Source: Macrostomum lignano
Lineage: Eukaryota
Reading direction: 5' to 3'
Length of the DNA: 64,000 nt
Assembly (NCBI GenBank): GCA_002269645.1
Contig: NIVC01002316.1
Location: forward strand, 1-64,000
Shown here: piece after piece, positions 50,294 to 63,511 of the stretch
Position numbering within the stretch: position 1 is the stretch's first letter
How the letters are laid out: each line of letters starts with the position of its first letter
The notes under the pieces: generated by a model
The model's database searches: none
The model's input: the letters and a program-made list of their open reading frames with translations, nothing else
Told to the model about the DNA's origin: nothing
Translations under genes and position numbers: made by a program

Positions 50294-53200
50294 TCACCTG
50301 GACTCGGTTTTGACAATCGAATTGGCGCTGCCGCTGCCGCCGCCGCCGCCGGCGAGGAACCGATTGCGCAACTCCTGCACCTCGGAGCTCACCCGGGTCA
50401 GCTCCTGCCGCATCATCCGGTTCTCAGCCTCCAATCGGCTGCTTCCGGTGCCGTCCGCCGGTTCCCGCAGCTGCAACTGCGGCCGGTTCCGCTTCCGGTG
50501 CGACGCTCGGCAGCTCCGATCGGGGGCTGCGGCGGCTTCTTCGGTCTCCGCTGCATCTGCTGCCGGATGCTGGGCCTCAGCTTCTGCGTCGTCTTCATCG
50601 TCGGGCTCCTCAACGGAGTGCGGCAGCGCCAGCGAGGGCTGCTCGTCCGGGACGATGCGGAGGCCCGGCCTGCTGACCGCCGCGAGGCCATCGCCGCCGC
50701 CGGTTGGGTCGTCAAGGCCGTTGCCACGGCGGCTGGGCTGGTTCCGCAGTTGCTGCTGCTGCAAGCAGTGCTGCTGCAGGTGGTGCAGATGCTGATGAAG
50801 CTGGTGCCGACGCATCGCGGCTGCCGCTGAAATCCCAATTGACGGGAATGCGATTTGTTTAAGGGAGGCGGCGGTAGAGATGGAGAGGTGATGGAGACAA
50901 TTAGGAGAATAGATTAGGGATTTAGTGACAGTAGCTTAGAAAAAAGGGAGAGATTTAGGGAGAAGACATAGAGGGAGAGTCAGGGAGAAGACAGAGAGAG
51001 GGAGAGTCAGGAAGAAGACAGAGAGAGGGAGAGTCAGGAAGAAGACAGAGGGGGAGAGTCAGGAAGAGAACAGAGAGGGTGAGAGTCGGGAAGAAGACAG
51101 AGAGTAGTAGGAGTGAGGAAAAAGACATGGAAGGGGAGAGTCAGGGAGAAGACAGAGAGAGAGAGAGAGAGTCAGGGAGAAGACAGAGAGGGAGAGTCAG
51201 GGAGAAGACAGAGAGGGAGAGTCAGGGAGAAGACAGAGAGAGAGAGTCAGGGAGAAGACAGAGAGAGAGAGTCAGGGAGAAGACAGAGAGAGAGTCAGGG
51301 AGAAGACAGAGAGAGAGAGTCAGGGAGAAGACAGAGAGGGAGAGAGAGAGAGAGAGTCAGGGAGAAGACAGAGAGGGAGAGTCAGGGAGAAGACAGAGAG
51401 GGAGAGTCAGGGAGAAGACAGAGAGAGAGAGTCAGGGAGAAGACAGAGAGAGAGAGTCAGGGAGAAGACAGAGAGGGAGAGTCAGGGAGAAGACAGAGGG
51501 GGAGAGTCAGGAAGAAAACAGAGAGGGTGAGAGTCAGGAAGAAGACAGAGAGTAGTAGGAGTGAGGAAAAAGACATGGAAGGGGAGAGTCAGGGAGAAGA
51601 CAGAGAGAGAGAGAGAGAGTCAGGGAGAAGACAGAGAGGGAGAGTCAGGGAGAAGACAGAGAGGGAGAGTCAGGGAGAAGACAGAGAGGGAGAGTCAGGG
51701 AGAAGACAGAGAGGGAGAGTCAGGGAGAAGACAGAGAGGGAGAGTCAGGGAGAAGACAGAGAGAGAGAGTCAGGGACAAGACAGAGAGGGAGAGTCAGGG
51801 AGAAGACAGAGAGGGAGAGTCAGGAAGAAGACAGAGAGGGAAAGTCAGGAAGGAGACAGGGAGTCAGGGAGAAGACGGAGAGAGTCAGGAAGAAGAGTGG
51901 AAGATACGAAGGGAGGGATAGGCAAGAGAGTGAATGCAGAATCTGTACAAGAAACACCGAGAGACGGTCTGCATGTGTACCCGTACATGTACAGACAGAA
52001 GTGCGCAGTGCCCAGACGCAAATTCCAAGCGCGTAGAGCTTTGCTTTGGGCGCAGGTGCGGCAAAAATGTTCAGAGATCGATTCGTTGGGCTTATTGTTC
52101 AATTACAAAGCCTATTTGAATGACACGCGGTGCCACTGGCAGCCCAGTAGCACCTTTTCAATGCACAATTGCCTCGGTGCATGCCAAAGTACAGAATAAG
52201 CGCTTAGGTGCCCATTTTTTCAGTTTCTAAGGCGAAAATCTTTTCAAAGCTGACGACTTTGCTGGCTTTCCGAGTTCTACGGCGCTGCTTTCATGCGTTT
52301 ATTGCGTTCGGGACTGAAAGATTTGGAGAGCGGTTGCCCAGCAACTGAGGATCTGGGAGGCTGGCCCAGCAACTGAGGATCTGGGAGGCTGGCCCAGCAA
52401 CTGAGGATCTGGGAAACTGGACCAGCACCTGAGGATCTGGGAGGCTGGACCAGCAACTGAGGATCTGGGAGGCTGTCCCAGCAACTGAGGATCTGGGAGG
52501 CTGACCCAGCAGCTGAGGATCTGGGGGGCCAACCTGAACCCTAGAAAGATACAAAGCTTCAGATTGAAATTCCAATTAGAAATCCCTAAGGTCCCAAATT
52601 CACAGCCCCTCACCGGCAATCTGCAGCGGTCCTTGGCACAGGGTCAGGTCCAGCGGCTCGGCCTGGTCGGTGAGGTGATTCGCTGGTGGCGCTGTAAGCG
52701 ACGTGGCGGTTGCAGCGGAGGCGGGCGCCAGGATGGTCGGCGCCATGACGGCCGTGGGCTTCAGCGTGAGGCCGCAGGAGGCGAGGCTCTGTGGCGCAGC
52801 GGCCGCATAGTTGGCCAGCAGGTTGAAGTTGAACAGGCCGCCGATCTGGCCTGGCGCCACCAGGCCGAAGGTGGCCGCCGGTGAGGAGTTCACAACTGGA
52901 GGCGCTGCGGCAAGGGCGGTCGCTGAAGATGCGACAACAGCGGCGGTGGCGGCGGCTGAGGATGCGGGCGCTTCGCCGACTTTCAGCGCGGTTAGTCGAG
53001 ACGGTTGGGGGGCTGAGGCGGCAGCTGCGGTGGCGTCAGCTGATGAGTTTGAAGCCTGCGGCTGCACCAGCGGCGACTGACACTGCACCTCGGCTGCCGG
53101 AGTCGGCGAGGTCGCTGACGATGCCGGCTTCGACTCGGGCTTCGCGGCGGCGGTGTCGGCGGCGGCGTCCGCGGCGTCGTCGGAGGAATTTGTTGGCAGT

Positions 53201-54886
53201 CCAAATCGCTTTTTAATGGCGGTGAGCTCCACCTTGAGCTTGGTGTTCTCCTGCGTGATGTGGGGGACTGGCGTGTGAGCTTTGGTTCTCATGGAGCTGT
53301 TCTCATGGGTTGTTCTCATGGGCTGTTCTCATGGGCTGTTCTCATGGGCTGTTCTCATGGGTTGTTCTCATGGAGCTGTTCTCATGGGCTGTTCTCATGG
53401 GCTGTTCTCATGGGTTGTTTTCATGGAGCTGTTCTCATGGGTTGTTCTCATGGAGCTGTTCTCATGGTTTGTTCTCATGGAGCTGTTCTCATGGAGCTGT
53501 TCTCATGGGTTGTTCTCATGGGCTGTTCTCATGGGTTGTTCTCATGGAGCTGTTCTCAGGGAGCTGTTTTCATGAAGCTGTTCTCATGGGCTGCTCTCAG
53601 GGAGCTGTTCTCATGGAGCTGTTCTCATAGGCTGTTCTCAGGGGGCTGTTCTCAGGTCGATCTCACATCTCAGGGGCTGCTCTCAGGTTTATCTCAGGTA
53701 GGTTTAGAGTGACTCTAGGGTGACAGTCATAAGTAAAGCAATTCTTAGTAATATTTAGCCTCAATGCTAGCCTCTCTGAATTCTAGAGTCATCTCACTCA
53801 CCTCGGTGAGCTCCTGAATCCGCATCTCCATGGCAACATCGTTCAGCCTTCGTTTCTCTCTGCTCCTCTTCGCCGCCTCGTTATTCTTGCGCCGCCTCTC
53901 CCAGTATTTCTCGTCCTTCTTCAATGCCGACGCTCCGTTGCCGCCACTTTTGGCTTTCTTTGCTGGCGGCGGCCCGCCGCCGGAGGTCAGACTGTCGTCG
54001 TCGCCGCTGGACATGCCGCCGGCAGCTGCGGCAGACGCCGCTGAGATGCCGCCAAGTTGACCAACAGAGGCGTCCTCAGCTGCCTCCTCCTTGACGCTGA
54101 AGCCCAAGTCGCCGCAGTCGGCGGCCGATTCCTCTTCGCTATCGAGTCCGATGCCGTCCGCTGTCAGCGAGTCGGCGCCGGCGGATCGACGCAGTTTCTC
54201 TAATTTGGCCGCTGCGGCTGCCGCTGGCGGCGTGGCTCGTGCGGCATCGGCCAGCGAGTTTGAGAGCTGCGAGTCGCTGCGAGTTTTTTGTGGGATTTGC
54301 GAGGCTGTGCATTGGATACTGGCTGTGAATGGCATGGGATACTGGCTGTGAATGGCATGGGATACTGGCTGTGAATGGCATGGGATACTGGCTGTGAATG
54401 GCATGGGATACTGGCTGTGAATGGCATGGGATACTGGCTGTAAATGGCATGGGATACTGGCTGTGAATGGCATGGGATACTGGCTGTGAATGGCATGGGA
54501 TACTGGCTGTGAATGGCATGGGATACTGGCTGTGAATGGCATGGGATACTGGCTGTGAATGGCATGGGATACTGGCTGTGAATGGCATGGGATACTGGCT
54601 GTGAATGGCATGGGATACTGGCTGTGAATGGCATGGGATACTGGCTGTGAATGGCATGGGATACTGGCTGTGAATGGCATGGGATACTGGCTGTGAATGG
54701 CATGGGATACTGGCTGTGAATGGCATGGGATACTGGCTGTGAATGGCATGGGATACTGGCTGTGAATGGCATGGGATACTGGCTGTGAATGGCATGGGAT
54801 ACTAGCTGTGAATGGCATGGGATACTGGCTGTGAATGGCATGGGATACTGGCTGTGAATGGCATGGATACTGGCTGTGAATGGCAT
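50294..54886 (-). CDS. NFIL3: NFIL3/E4BP4/vrille-family bZIP transcription factor, about 562 aa
   Basis: bZIP KKDEKYWERRRKNNEAAKRSREKRRLNDVAMEMRIQELTE|ENTKLKVELTAIKKRFGL, plus a C-terminal ENRMMRQELTRVSSEVQELR coil like that of NFIL3/vrille. Exons 54304-53802, 53250-52614 and 50826-50294 are phase-consistent. The first coding segment (54886-54871) is tentative. Confidence 0.9.
50955..51895. repeat. GA-rich ~24-bp minisatellite (GAGAGTCAGGGAGAAGACAGAGAG) in the bZIP gene intron
   Basis: Tandem units with variable (GA)n; internal block duplication at ~51100 and ~51550. Confidence 0.9.
52320..52530. repeat. 28-bp minisatellite, about 7 copies
   Basis: Unit CTGGCCCAGCAACTGAGGATCTGGGAGG. Confidence 0.9.
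53286..53660. repeat. 13/14-bp minisatellite in the intron that splits the bZIP zipper
   Basis: Units CATGGGCTGTTCT / CATGGAGCTGTTCT. Confidence 0.9.
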
Positions 54887-54890
54887 GCCA
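54306..54890. repeat. 23-bp minisatellite, about 25 near-perfect copies, at the 5' end of the bZIP CDS
   Basis: Unit ATGGCATGGGATACTGGCTGTGA (plus strand). Confidence 0.95.
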
Positions 54891-55190
54891 GTTCCGAGTT
54901 CAAGACAATGTTCTGTCAAAATAAACAAAAGCCTAATAAATAAGACTGTAACTATCAAACTTAGAGGTCAACAGAGGTCAGGTCAGCAGTGACAGAGGGG
55001 TAAGGACAGGCGGGCTACAGGAGTCCCGGTCAGCCCTGGGGTGGATTACGCAATCCAGCTGAGCCAACAAGCACTCAGCAGACAAGCACAGAGAGTGGAA
55101 GGAAAAGAGATTTCAAATTCTCCTGGCAACTATTGCACAATTTATATTTACTTGTAAATATGTTCAGCAGCTCTGCCTTATATAACTTAC

Positions 55191-55260
55191 TTTGAGCTTT
55201 GAGCTGATGCAGACAGTTGCTGGGCGGGTGCCGACAGCTCGGGGGTCAAGCCGGGTCGCG
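55191..55260 (-). other. Probable non-coding 5' UTR exon (70 nt) of the bZIP gene
   Basis: Polypyrimidine CATTTCTCTTCCCCGTCCCAG acceptor and AAA|GTAAGT donor; TGA in the frame that would join the bZIP ORF. Confidence 0.5.
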
Positions 55261-55794
55261 CTGGGACGGGGAAGAGAAATGATGGAGGGAGCGGGCGGTC
55301 GCCAACTGAGGCAGGATGGTGGGAGAAGGCTGCTGTACTCAGCTTTAGGAGTTAGGAATGAATCTACTTTTTTTCAACAAAAAAATCACGAAGACTAGAG
55401 AAAGGAGAAGCGAAGTTCGAAAATGAGTTTCGTTTTTGCTCTTATATAACTATTCGGTGGGATCAGCAAATTTCAGGAGTCGCAGTCGAGTTTGATTGAG
55501 CAGACCAGTGCCGGACTGGGGGAGGGAGAGAGAGACCTCAATTTGCACAAATTGCAAGTACAGTTCAGTTTGAGTTGCCGCATCTTGAAGCAAGGGGAAG
55601 ACTTTTCTTCTTTCCATCTAGTTGCTGGGGGGGATCTGAGAGGCTGGGCGGATCTGTGGGGGGCTGTTTGTTCGTGTGGCGTTGCGTGCGCTAGCGGGTT
55701 TAGCGGGTAGGCGGTTGGGCGATCTAGGAAGGGAAATTTTGAGTGAATTCACAGCCTCAATTAACACATTGCAGGGAGGGTCCACCGCTTCCGC

Positions 55795-56102
55795 TTCTAT
55801 CCTGAATGTCCACCGATTCCATCCCGAATGTCCACCGATTCCATCCCGAATGTCCACCGATTCCATCCCGAATGTCCACCAATTTTGTCCCCAATATCCA
55901 CCGCTTCTATCCCGAATGTCCACCGCTTCTATCCCGAATGTCCACCGCTTCTATCCCCAATGTCCACCGATTCCATCCCGAATGTCCACCGATTCCATCC
56001 CGAATGTCCACCAATTTTGTCCCCAATGTCCACCGCTTCTATCCCGAACGTCCACCGCTTCTATCCCGAATGTCCACCGCTATCCCCAATGTCCACCGAT
56101 TC
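55795..56102. repeat. 22-bp minisatellite
   Basis: Unit AATGTCCACCGATTCCATCCCG and variants. Confidence 0.9.
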
Positions 56103-56504
56103 TATTAACTGTCTCGCAGTGCAGTCGCAGGCAGACCGACAGTCAGAGACGCGAACTGAAGGATATTTTGAGTCAAGATCGAGATGCACAGGCACAGGCT
56201 CCTGGTTTTTGCAGTCCCACGGGGTGAAAACAAGTGAGTGGGTAAAGAGGATCAGGGAGGCTGGGCAAGCCAGGGAACTCATCCTTGGTTTGAAATGAGT
56301 TACATTTTTGCTGCATGCATATTTTCTTCAGCAATACTTGAGAGTTCAGAATTCGCTAACTCCATTCGCTTTTCATTACAGCACACTGGATCGAGAACGT
56401 TGTCCGAGTGGCAAATTTAAGCAAAAATTTACCAATATTTCGCGACATCTATCTAAATTACAATGTAAATCATTAAACTTTACAACAAAATCAATACATA
56501 CACG

Positions 56505-57045
56505 CCCTGCCACATTCTGGTCGGTCATTGCCTTGTCACATTCTGGTCATTAGATCGGTCATTGCCCTGCCACAATCTGGTAATTAAATCGGTCATTGCC
56601 AGATTCTGGTCATTAGATCGGTCACTGCCCTGCCACATTCTGGTCATTAGATCGGTCACTGCCCTGCCACATACTGGTCATTAGATCGGTCACTGCCCTG
56701 CCACATTCTGGTCATTAGATCGGTCACTGCCCTGCCACATTCTGGTCATTAGATCGGTCACTGCCCTGCCACATTCTGGTCATTAGATCGGTCACTGCCC
56801 TGCCACATTCTGGTCATTAGATCGGTCACTGCCCAGTCACATTCTGGTCATTAGATCGATCATTGCCCTGTCACATTCTGGTCATTAGATCGGTCATTGC
56901 CCTGTCACATTCTGGTCATTAGATCGGTCATTGCCCTGCCATATTCTGGTCATTAAAGCGGTCATTGCCCTGTCACATTCTGGTCATTAGATCGGTCATT
57001 GCCCTGTCACATTCTGGTCATTAGATCGGTCATTGTCCTGTCATA
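56505..57045. repeat. 34-bp minisatellite, about 15 copies
   Basis: Unit ATTCTGGTCATTAGATCGGTCACTGCCCTGCCAC. Confidence 0.95.
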
Positions 57046-60000
57046 CATGTACAAAAATGCAATGCTCATGAGTTCTGTGGTAGGTATTTGAAATTTGAAT
57101 TCGAAGTAAGGTTGGGGAGGGAGGGATATAGTTGGCATAATATTAGGGCAGCACAGCAGAGCCTAGAGAGTAAGGTCGAGTCCTCATCAATTGCTCCCTT
57201 GCCCAGACTCTCCTCCCCTCTCTCCTACCCGCCTGAACAATCAGTTCGAGCAATCAGCGGGTCTCGGGGAGACTGCACTGCACAGCAATGCACATGCATG
57301 CCTTTGGGTGTACTTTTCTACTGGCGAATTGGGTGGGGGAGCTTGCGGTCAGAATCGGAATCGAACGGCGTTTAGCTAACTTGTGAAAATCTATAAAAAC
57401 TTATAGAAGTAAAAACTTATATTTAAACAAAAATAATAACTCACGGCGTTGCAACTCCTTTGGGGTCGGCTTGTTGCACGAATTGAATAACGGGCAGTCG
57501 TCGTTTGTGCATGCAGACAGAATGAAGACTTAGGGAACTGGTATTACTATATTTTGTCTAATCCGATTGATTTATATGAGTAATAAGAGACTAGCTAGAG
57601 ACTAGATTTATTTGTTAATAGGTTTATTTGATAATAATCGTTTTATTATAAGAATAATGGCAAAAATAAAATTCTAAAATGCACGCTGTTTTAACATGCT
57701 TGCTCAATTATTATTTCAATTGAGACTAAATACGGACAAGGAGAGTAATGAATATTACCTTTGCTTTTCTCCTTGCCGCTACTATTATTAAGTCTCTCTG
57801 GTCTCGGTGTTGCGTTAACAGGGGGCCTATACTATTTAAGAGTTAAAACTGCGGGTGGAGAAGGTATGACGGAGGGGGTTGAGGTTTGGAGAAAGGAGAA
57901 GCCTTCAAAGCAATTGGCACGGAGGGGGCCAGAGAGAGAGGCAGAAAGAGCGAGAAGGCACTGTGTGCGTTGGGTTAGTGTCGTATAGTAAAATGGAGCG
58001 GAGGGGTAACGCCAGGTCCGCACGAGGCCCTGTCAGATCAGGACAAGCCCCGCTTCTCTCTCCAACACTTCTCTTCCCTCCTGCCCCCCGCGAGCGCAAT
58101 TTCAACCCCCACTCCTCTAAGTTTCAATGTACATTGGTCGTGTGATAAGGGCAAAGCTAGATTGGAGCGCGGAGGGGGTGGTGGGTTCTAATGTTGTCCA
58201 CCCCTAGCCCGCACGAAGCCCCCACCTCTAGTCAAACCCCCCTTCCCGCACACTGTCGGGGGAACTGGTCCAGTTAAAGGCAGGAAGGAGAGGGTGTCTG
58301 CTATAAAAAGCACTTCTCCGACGCAGCCCCCCTTATTGCACAAGAATTATGCAACCAATAGATTCTCTGTACGCCGGGACCGACGAAGGGGTGGCGCCAG
58401 TGGCCGCCAACCCCCCTGTTCAACACGCAACGCATTTTGACTACAGACGCAATAGCCCGAGAGTGTGAGGCCGAGGCTGAGGGAGGGGAGAGAGAGATGA
58501 CGCGAGTGCAAGGGAAGGAAAGGAGCTTGGTTGGTCGGGCGGACCCCCAACAGGGCAAGTGCTTTCGTCATGCAATAGCGGGACAGGGGGTGGGTGGGTT
58601 TGACCTCATGAGGACACAGCCCCCAGGGCCAGCCCGAGGGACTGGCGTGGCAGTCTAAGGGAAAGAAGGGCCGGCCTCGCAAAACAACAGTCTGGGCTCC
58701 GGAGAGAGAAGCAATTGTGGCTGACTGGCTGATAGTAATAGTAATAACGCACAAAGAGAAGTGTGCGAAAAAAGCAAAATGAATGAAATTATACAACCGA
58801 AATTGAATAGTATGCGCACATGTCCGCGTTGCCCGATGGCCGATGCACAAAAAGTATTAAGCAAGGTTAATACATGAAACAAGCAATTTGAATAGCAGAG
58901 AACTTGAATTATAAGCTCGGTAATCTAATAATTTTATGTTAATTTTCCTTACAGATCCTTGTCTTGTTTGTAGTACTCGTATAATTAGTGCCTGCCTCGG
59001 TGTTAAAACCTGGTTAAAGACAATGAAATCAAAGTTCCACTGTAAACGGTGGCTTGTTCGAAGTTTTTCTGATTAACAGAAGATAACCATCCTTGCGATG
59101 TCAATATTTGCTTTATTCTCCACAATACTCTATAGGAATCTAATTTATTCCCTGCTTGACTGGAATACTTGTATCTCTGTGGACAGAACCGAAGCAGAAA
59201 AAGTAAAAAGAACAATGAAAGTTCACGAAGCTTCAGTTGAAGTTATTCTCATCGAAATGCAATGGCAATTGGTTTCCAATACGAACCCTGCTATGACTGA
59301 AGCAGTGAAGCTTCCTTGTTTGCCGGTTCCGTGGGTTCTGTCTTCTCGTCGAAGATGCAGGTTCCTGGTCCAATTAATTAAGCTTCGACATCCGCGTCGT
59401 TTGCGTTATCGCTGGTAAAGCTTGTAAACGAATTACCCATTACCAACAGGCCCGAATGCAACTCTTGATAATAGCTAGTCTAGACAGGAAATTGGTCTGA
59501 TTGCATATCGCAGATTTTGATGCCTCATCTGTTTACAATGAAGCTGCAGTGCGGTGTGTAAAACTATAGCTTTCACTGCCGCGTTGTTGCCAAGCAGGAG
59601 CCGCTAAATTTAATATCGATTTACTAATTAAAACTTTCTTGCATAAACTAAGAGGCGGACTATCACACCAGATAGCCAGGAAGTGATCTGCCATGGGTTG
59701 ATTCTCGCGTCACACCAAATCATCCGCAATTATTAATCTATACAGCGAGTTGTCAAAGCCCTGATGATAAGCATGAAATTATAGCATTATCAAATTGTTA
59801 ATCTTAAACGACGCATGCCGCACTTCGTGTGCAGCAAAAACAAAATTTGCGCTGCCCCGCGGCCTCAGTTGTGCGAAATTCGATTGCAATTAGAAACAGA
59901 TTTGGAAGCAAGGGGAATCGGTGTTGAACCGGACCTGGAAATATTTGTCATCAAGGGTTGCAAGGGCCTGCAGTTAACTTCTAATGCAGACAATCAAAGC

Positions 60001-60129
60001 GCTGTCAGCTTCCATTGTAACGGAATTTCTATATTCTAATTTAAATCACCATTTAAAAAGGAATTGTAAAACTGACCACAAAACCTGACTGCAGAAATGC
60101 TGAAATAGGATAGCTTCTTTGCGACCACG

Positions 60130-60438
60130 AGACAGACAGGAACCCGACAGGACCCAACAGGGCCCAACAGGACCCGACAGGACCCGACAGGACCCGACAG
60201 GACCCGACAGGACCCGACAGGACCCGACAGGACCCGACAGGACCCGACAGGAACCCGACAGGACCCGACAGGAACCCGACAGGACCCGACAGGACCCGAC
60301 AGGACCCGACAGGACCCGACAGGACCCGACAGGACCCGACAGGACCCGACAGGACCCGACAGGACCCGACAGGACCCGACAGGACCCGACAGGACCCGAC
60401 AGGACCCGACAGGACCCGACAGGACCCGACAGGACCCG
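60130..60438. repeat. 10-bp tandem repeat, about 30 copies
   Basis: Unit CAGGACCCGA. Confidence 0.95.
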
Positions 60439-61587
60439 TAATAAAGACCGTAAATTATAGTCTTTGTCAAATGAATTTCATTCGACATTTGATGCCTGCG
60501 TGCCAAAGCGGCCTTGTCAGTCGAAATTCCTCTGCTCTTCAAACAACACTGCTGAACAACTTTGACCTTTGTTGAAAGGTTAAAGAAGTAAATTTGAAAG
60601 GTCAAATCTTACAAAGACATGCCCAACGCCAAACAGGCGGTGTGCCTTTGTTAACTTTAAAAGCAAGCCCGCATCCTGTACCGAAGCAGATTTTAGCATT
60701 AATAAAACTCGAATAGCGTCTCAAAGTTTACAACTCAAAAAGGACCACCAGCACAGCAATCAAAGTGATTTTTATCTTCGCAAAAATTGAGTTGCCATGC
60801 AAAAACCGCTGATAACTCAGTTGCAAAAATCAAAGCGGTTTATGGCCCCCCTGCCCGGTTACGCAAACAGGAGAAGTTGTGGGGTTTTTTTACAACCCAT
60901 TAACTCAAATGTCACGTGAACTATGGTGGTGGACCAGGGGACATGGGAGAGATAGAATTGAAAGCACCCGTGCAAGGTCCACCCCGTGTTGGGGCAAACT
61001 TCCTGCATTTTCGGAATGAAGTGAATCAAAATGGTTTTCTACTAATTCTGAAAATTGAAGTTTCAACAAAATTTCAATACGACTATATTTCCCAAGACTT
61101 TCACCAAAATACAAAGGTAACTATCCAGTGACTAACTACTTGAACAAGTTTGCAAAATGACAAACGACATGCAGATTACGGAATAATTGGGCAATATTTT
61201 AGGCTTTGAGCTTTAATTTGCGATCCCTAAAAATTGTGTGCAAATTAATTTTCAGTGAGATTTGAGAAGCATTTTCCTTTTGAGCTTTTGTTTCTTTCGC
61301 TTATGTACTTTTTGTTTAATCCGACTGATGGAGAAGAAAGATGCAGGGTTAAAAAACAGAATAAACATCTTTGTTTTACCGTTTTCTGTCAAAATGTTTA
61401 AACGTTTTTTCTCAATTCAGTCAAATGATGGATGCATTAATAATAAATAATGTAGCATTTTATCTCGGGAATAACTGCATCTTTAACTTGGACCAATGCA
61501 TATTATTTGTTTTATTTCGCAAAACATTTGAATCACTTTTTAATTCACGGTTCTTTAAAAGTAGAACGAACTGGAGTTACTTGAAGT

Positions 61588-62300
61588 AGCTGACACCCAC
61601 AATGACACCTACAATGACTCAACTGACACCTACAATGACACCTACTTTCCTCTCTCGTACAGTGACTTAACTGACACCTACAATGACTCAACTGACATCT
61701 AAAATGACTCAAATGACACCTACAATGACTCAACTGACACCTACAATGACTCAACTGACACCTAAAATGACTCAACTGACGCCCACAATGACTCAACAGA
61801 CACCTACAATGACTCGACTGACACCTAAAATGACTCAACAGACACCTACAATGACTCAACTGACATCTAAAATGACTCAAATGACACCTACAATGACTCA
61901 ACTGACACCTACAATGACTCAACTGACACCTACAATGACTCAACTGACGCCTAAATGACTCAACTGACACCTACAATGACTCAACTGACACCTACAATGA
62001 CTCAACTGACACCCACAATGACACCTACAATGACTCAACTGACACCTATAATGACTCAACTGACACCTACAATGACTCAACTGACACCTAAAATGACGCC
62101 TACAATGACTCAACTGACACCCACAATGACGCCTGCAATGACTCAACTGACACCTACAATGACTCAACTGACACCTAAAATGACTCAATTGACACCTACA
62201 ATGACTTAACTGACGCCTACAATGACTCAACTGACACCTACAATGACTCAACTGACGCCTAAAATGACTCAATTGACTCCCAAACATCTCTCAACTGACA
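61588..62300. repeat. 21-bp minisatellite
   Basis: Unit CAATGACTCAACTGACACCTA. Confidence 0.95.
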
Positions 62301-62794
62301 CCAGTAACGACACACCAGGCATTACAAAAAACGGGCCTTCTGGCTTCACAATCTTATTCATCATGCGTAAGAAAAGGTCAAACCCACTGAAAAATGTCAA
62401 AAAGGACAAAACACAAACTGGAATATAGTGAGGCAACGATCAGTTTACGCTTTCATTGCAAATTCCTAGCATAATTTCTTTGAATTCCCGAGGTTCGCAT
62501 TCCATTTTACTAGTTTGGCTTGTGTCATTTGTATCAGTGTTTCTGCAAACAAAGGCGGGCCTGGCTTTGCACCCCCCTTTGCCGCTCTGGTATTGTAGTG
62601 TCCCCGAGTGCAGATCAATGACAAAGCATTGCGATATTGCGTAATCATTTGCGTTGTGGCTTTGTTGGTCCTAATAATGGCCTCAGTTAAATGTGTCATT
62701 ATTATGTAAGTAATAGTTAAAATCAAACCAATATTCCATTGGTAGTCTGTCCGAACAAGCATGTTAATTTTCATGGACTTATCCTGAATTCTAT

Positions 62795-63511
62795 TGAGGT
62801 GCTGTTTTTGAGGGTGCTGCTGTCTTTGAGGGTGCTGTCTTTGAGGGTGCTGTCTTTTAGGGTGCTGTCTTTGAGGGTGCTGTCTTTGATGGTGCTGTGT
62901 TTGAGGGTGCTGTGTTTGAGGGTGTTGCTGGCTTTGAGGGTGCTGCTGTCTTTGAGGGTTGCTGTCTTTGAGGGTGCTGTCTTTTAGGGTGCTGTCTTTG
63001 AGGGTGCTGTGTTTGAGGGTGTTGCTGGCTTTGAGGGTGCTGCTGTCTTTGAGGGTTGCTGTCTTTGAGGGTGCTGTCTTTTAGGGTGCTGTCTTTGAGG
63101 TTGCTGTCTTTGAGGGTGCTGTGTTTGAGGGTGCTGCTGTCTTTGAGGGTGCTGTCTTTTAGTGTGCTGTCTTTTAGGGTGCTGCTGTGTTTGAGGGTGC
63201 TGTCTTTGAGGGTGCTGCTGTGTTTGAGGGTGCTGTCTTTGAGGGTGCTGCTGTCCTTGAGGGTGCTGTCTTTGAGGGTGCTGCTGTCCTTGAGGGTGCT
63301 GTCTTTGAGGGTGCTGCTGTCCTTGAGGGTGCTGTCTTTGAGGGTGCTGCTGTCCTTGAGGGTGCTGTCTTTGAGGGTGACGCTGTCCTCGAGGGTGCTG
63401 TTGTTCTTGAGGGTGCTGCTGTTCTTGAGGGTGCTGCTGTCTTTTAGTGTGCTGTCTTTTAGGGTGCTGTCTTTGAGGGTGCTGTCTTTGAGGGTGCTGC
63501 TGTCTTTGAGG
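62795..63511. repeat. 15/18-bp minisatellite
   Basis: Units GAGGGTGCTGTCTTT / GAGGGTGCTGCTGTCTTT. Confidence 0.95.

Noticed and set aside
51079-52199. Arg/Glu-rich plus-strand ORFs
   Set aside because: Translations of the GA-rich intronic repeat.
59098-59418. 106-aa plus-strand ORF
   Set aside because: TTG start, no homology and no convincing exon chain.
62702-62709. D-box TTATGTAA as a vrille autoregulatory site
   Set aside because: A single 8-mer about 8 kb away in AT-rich DNA is expected by chance.
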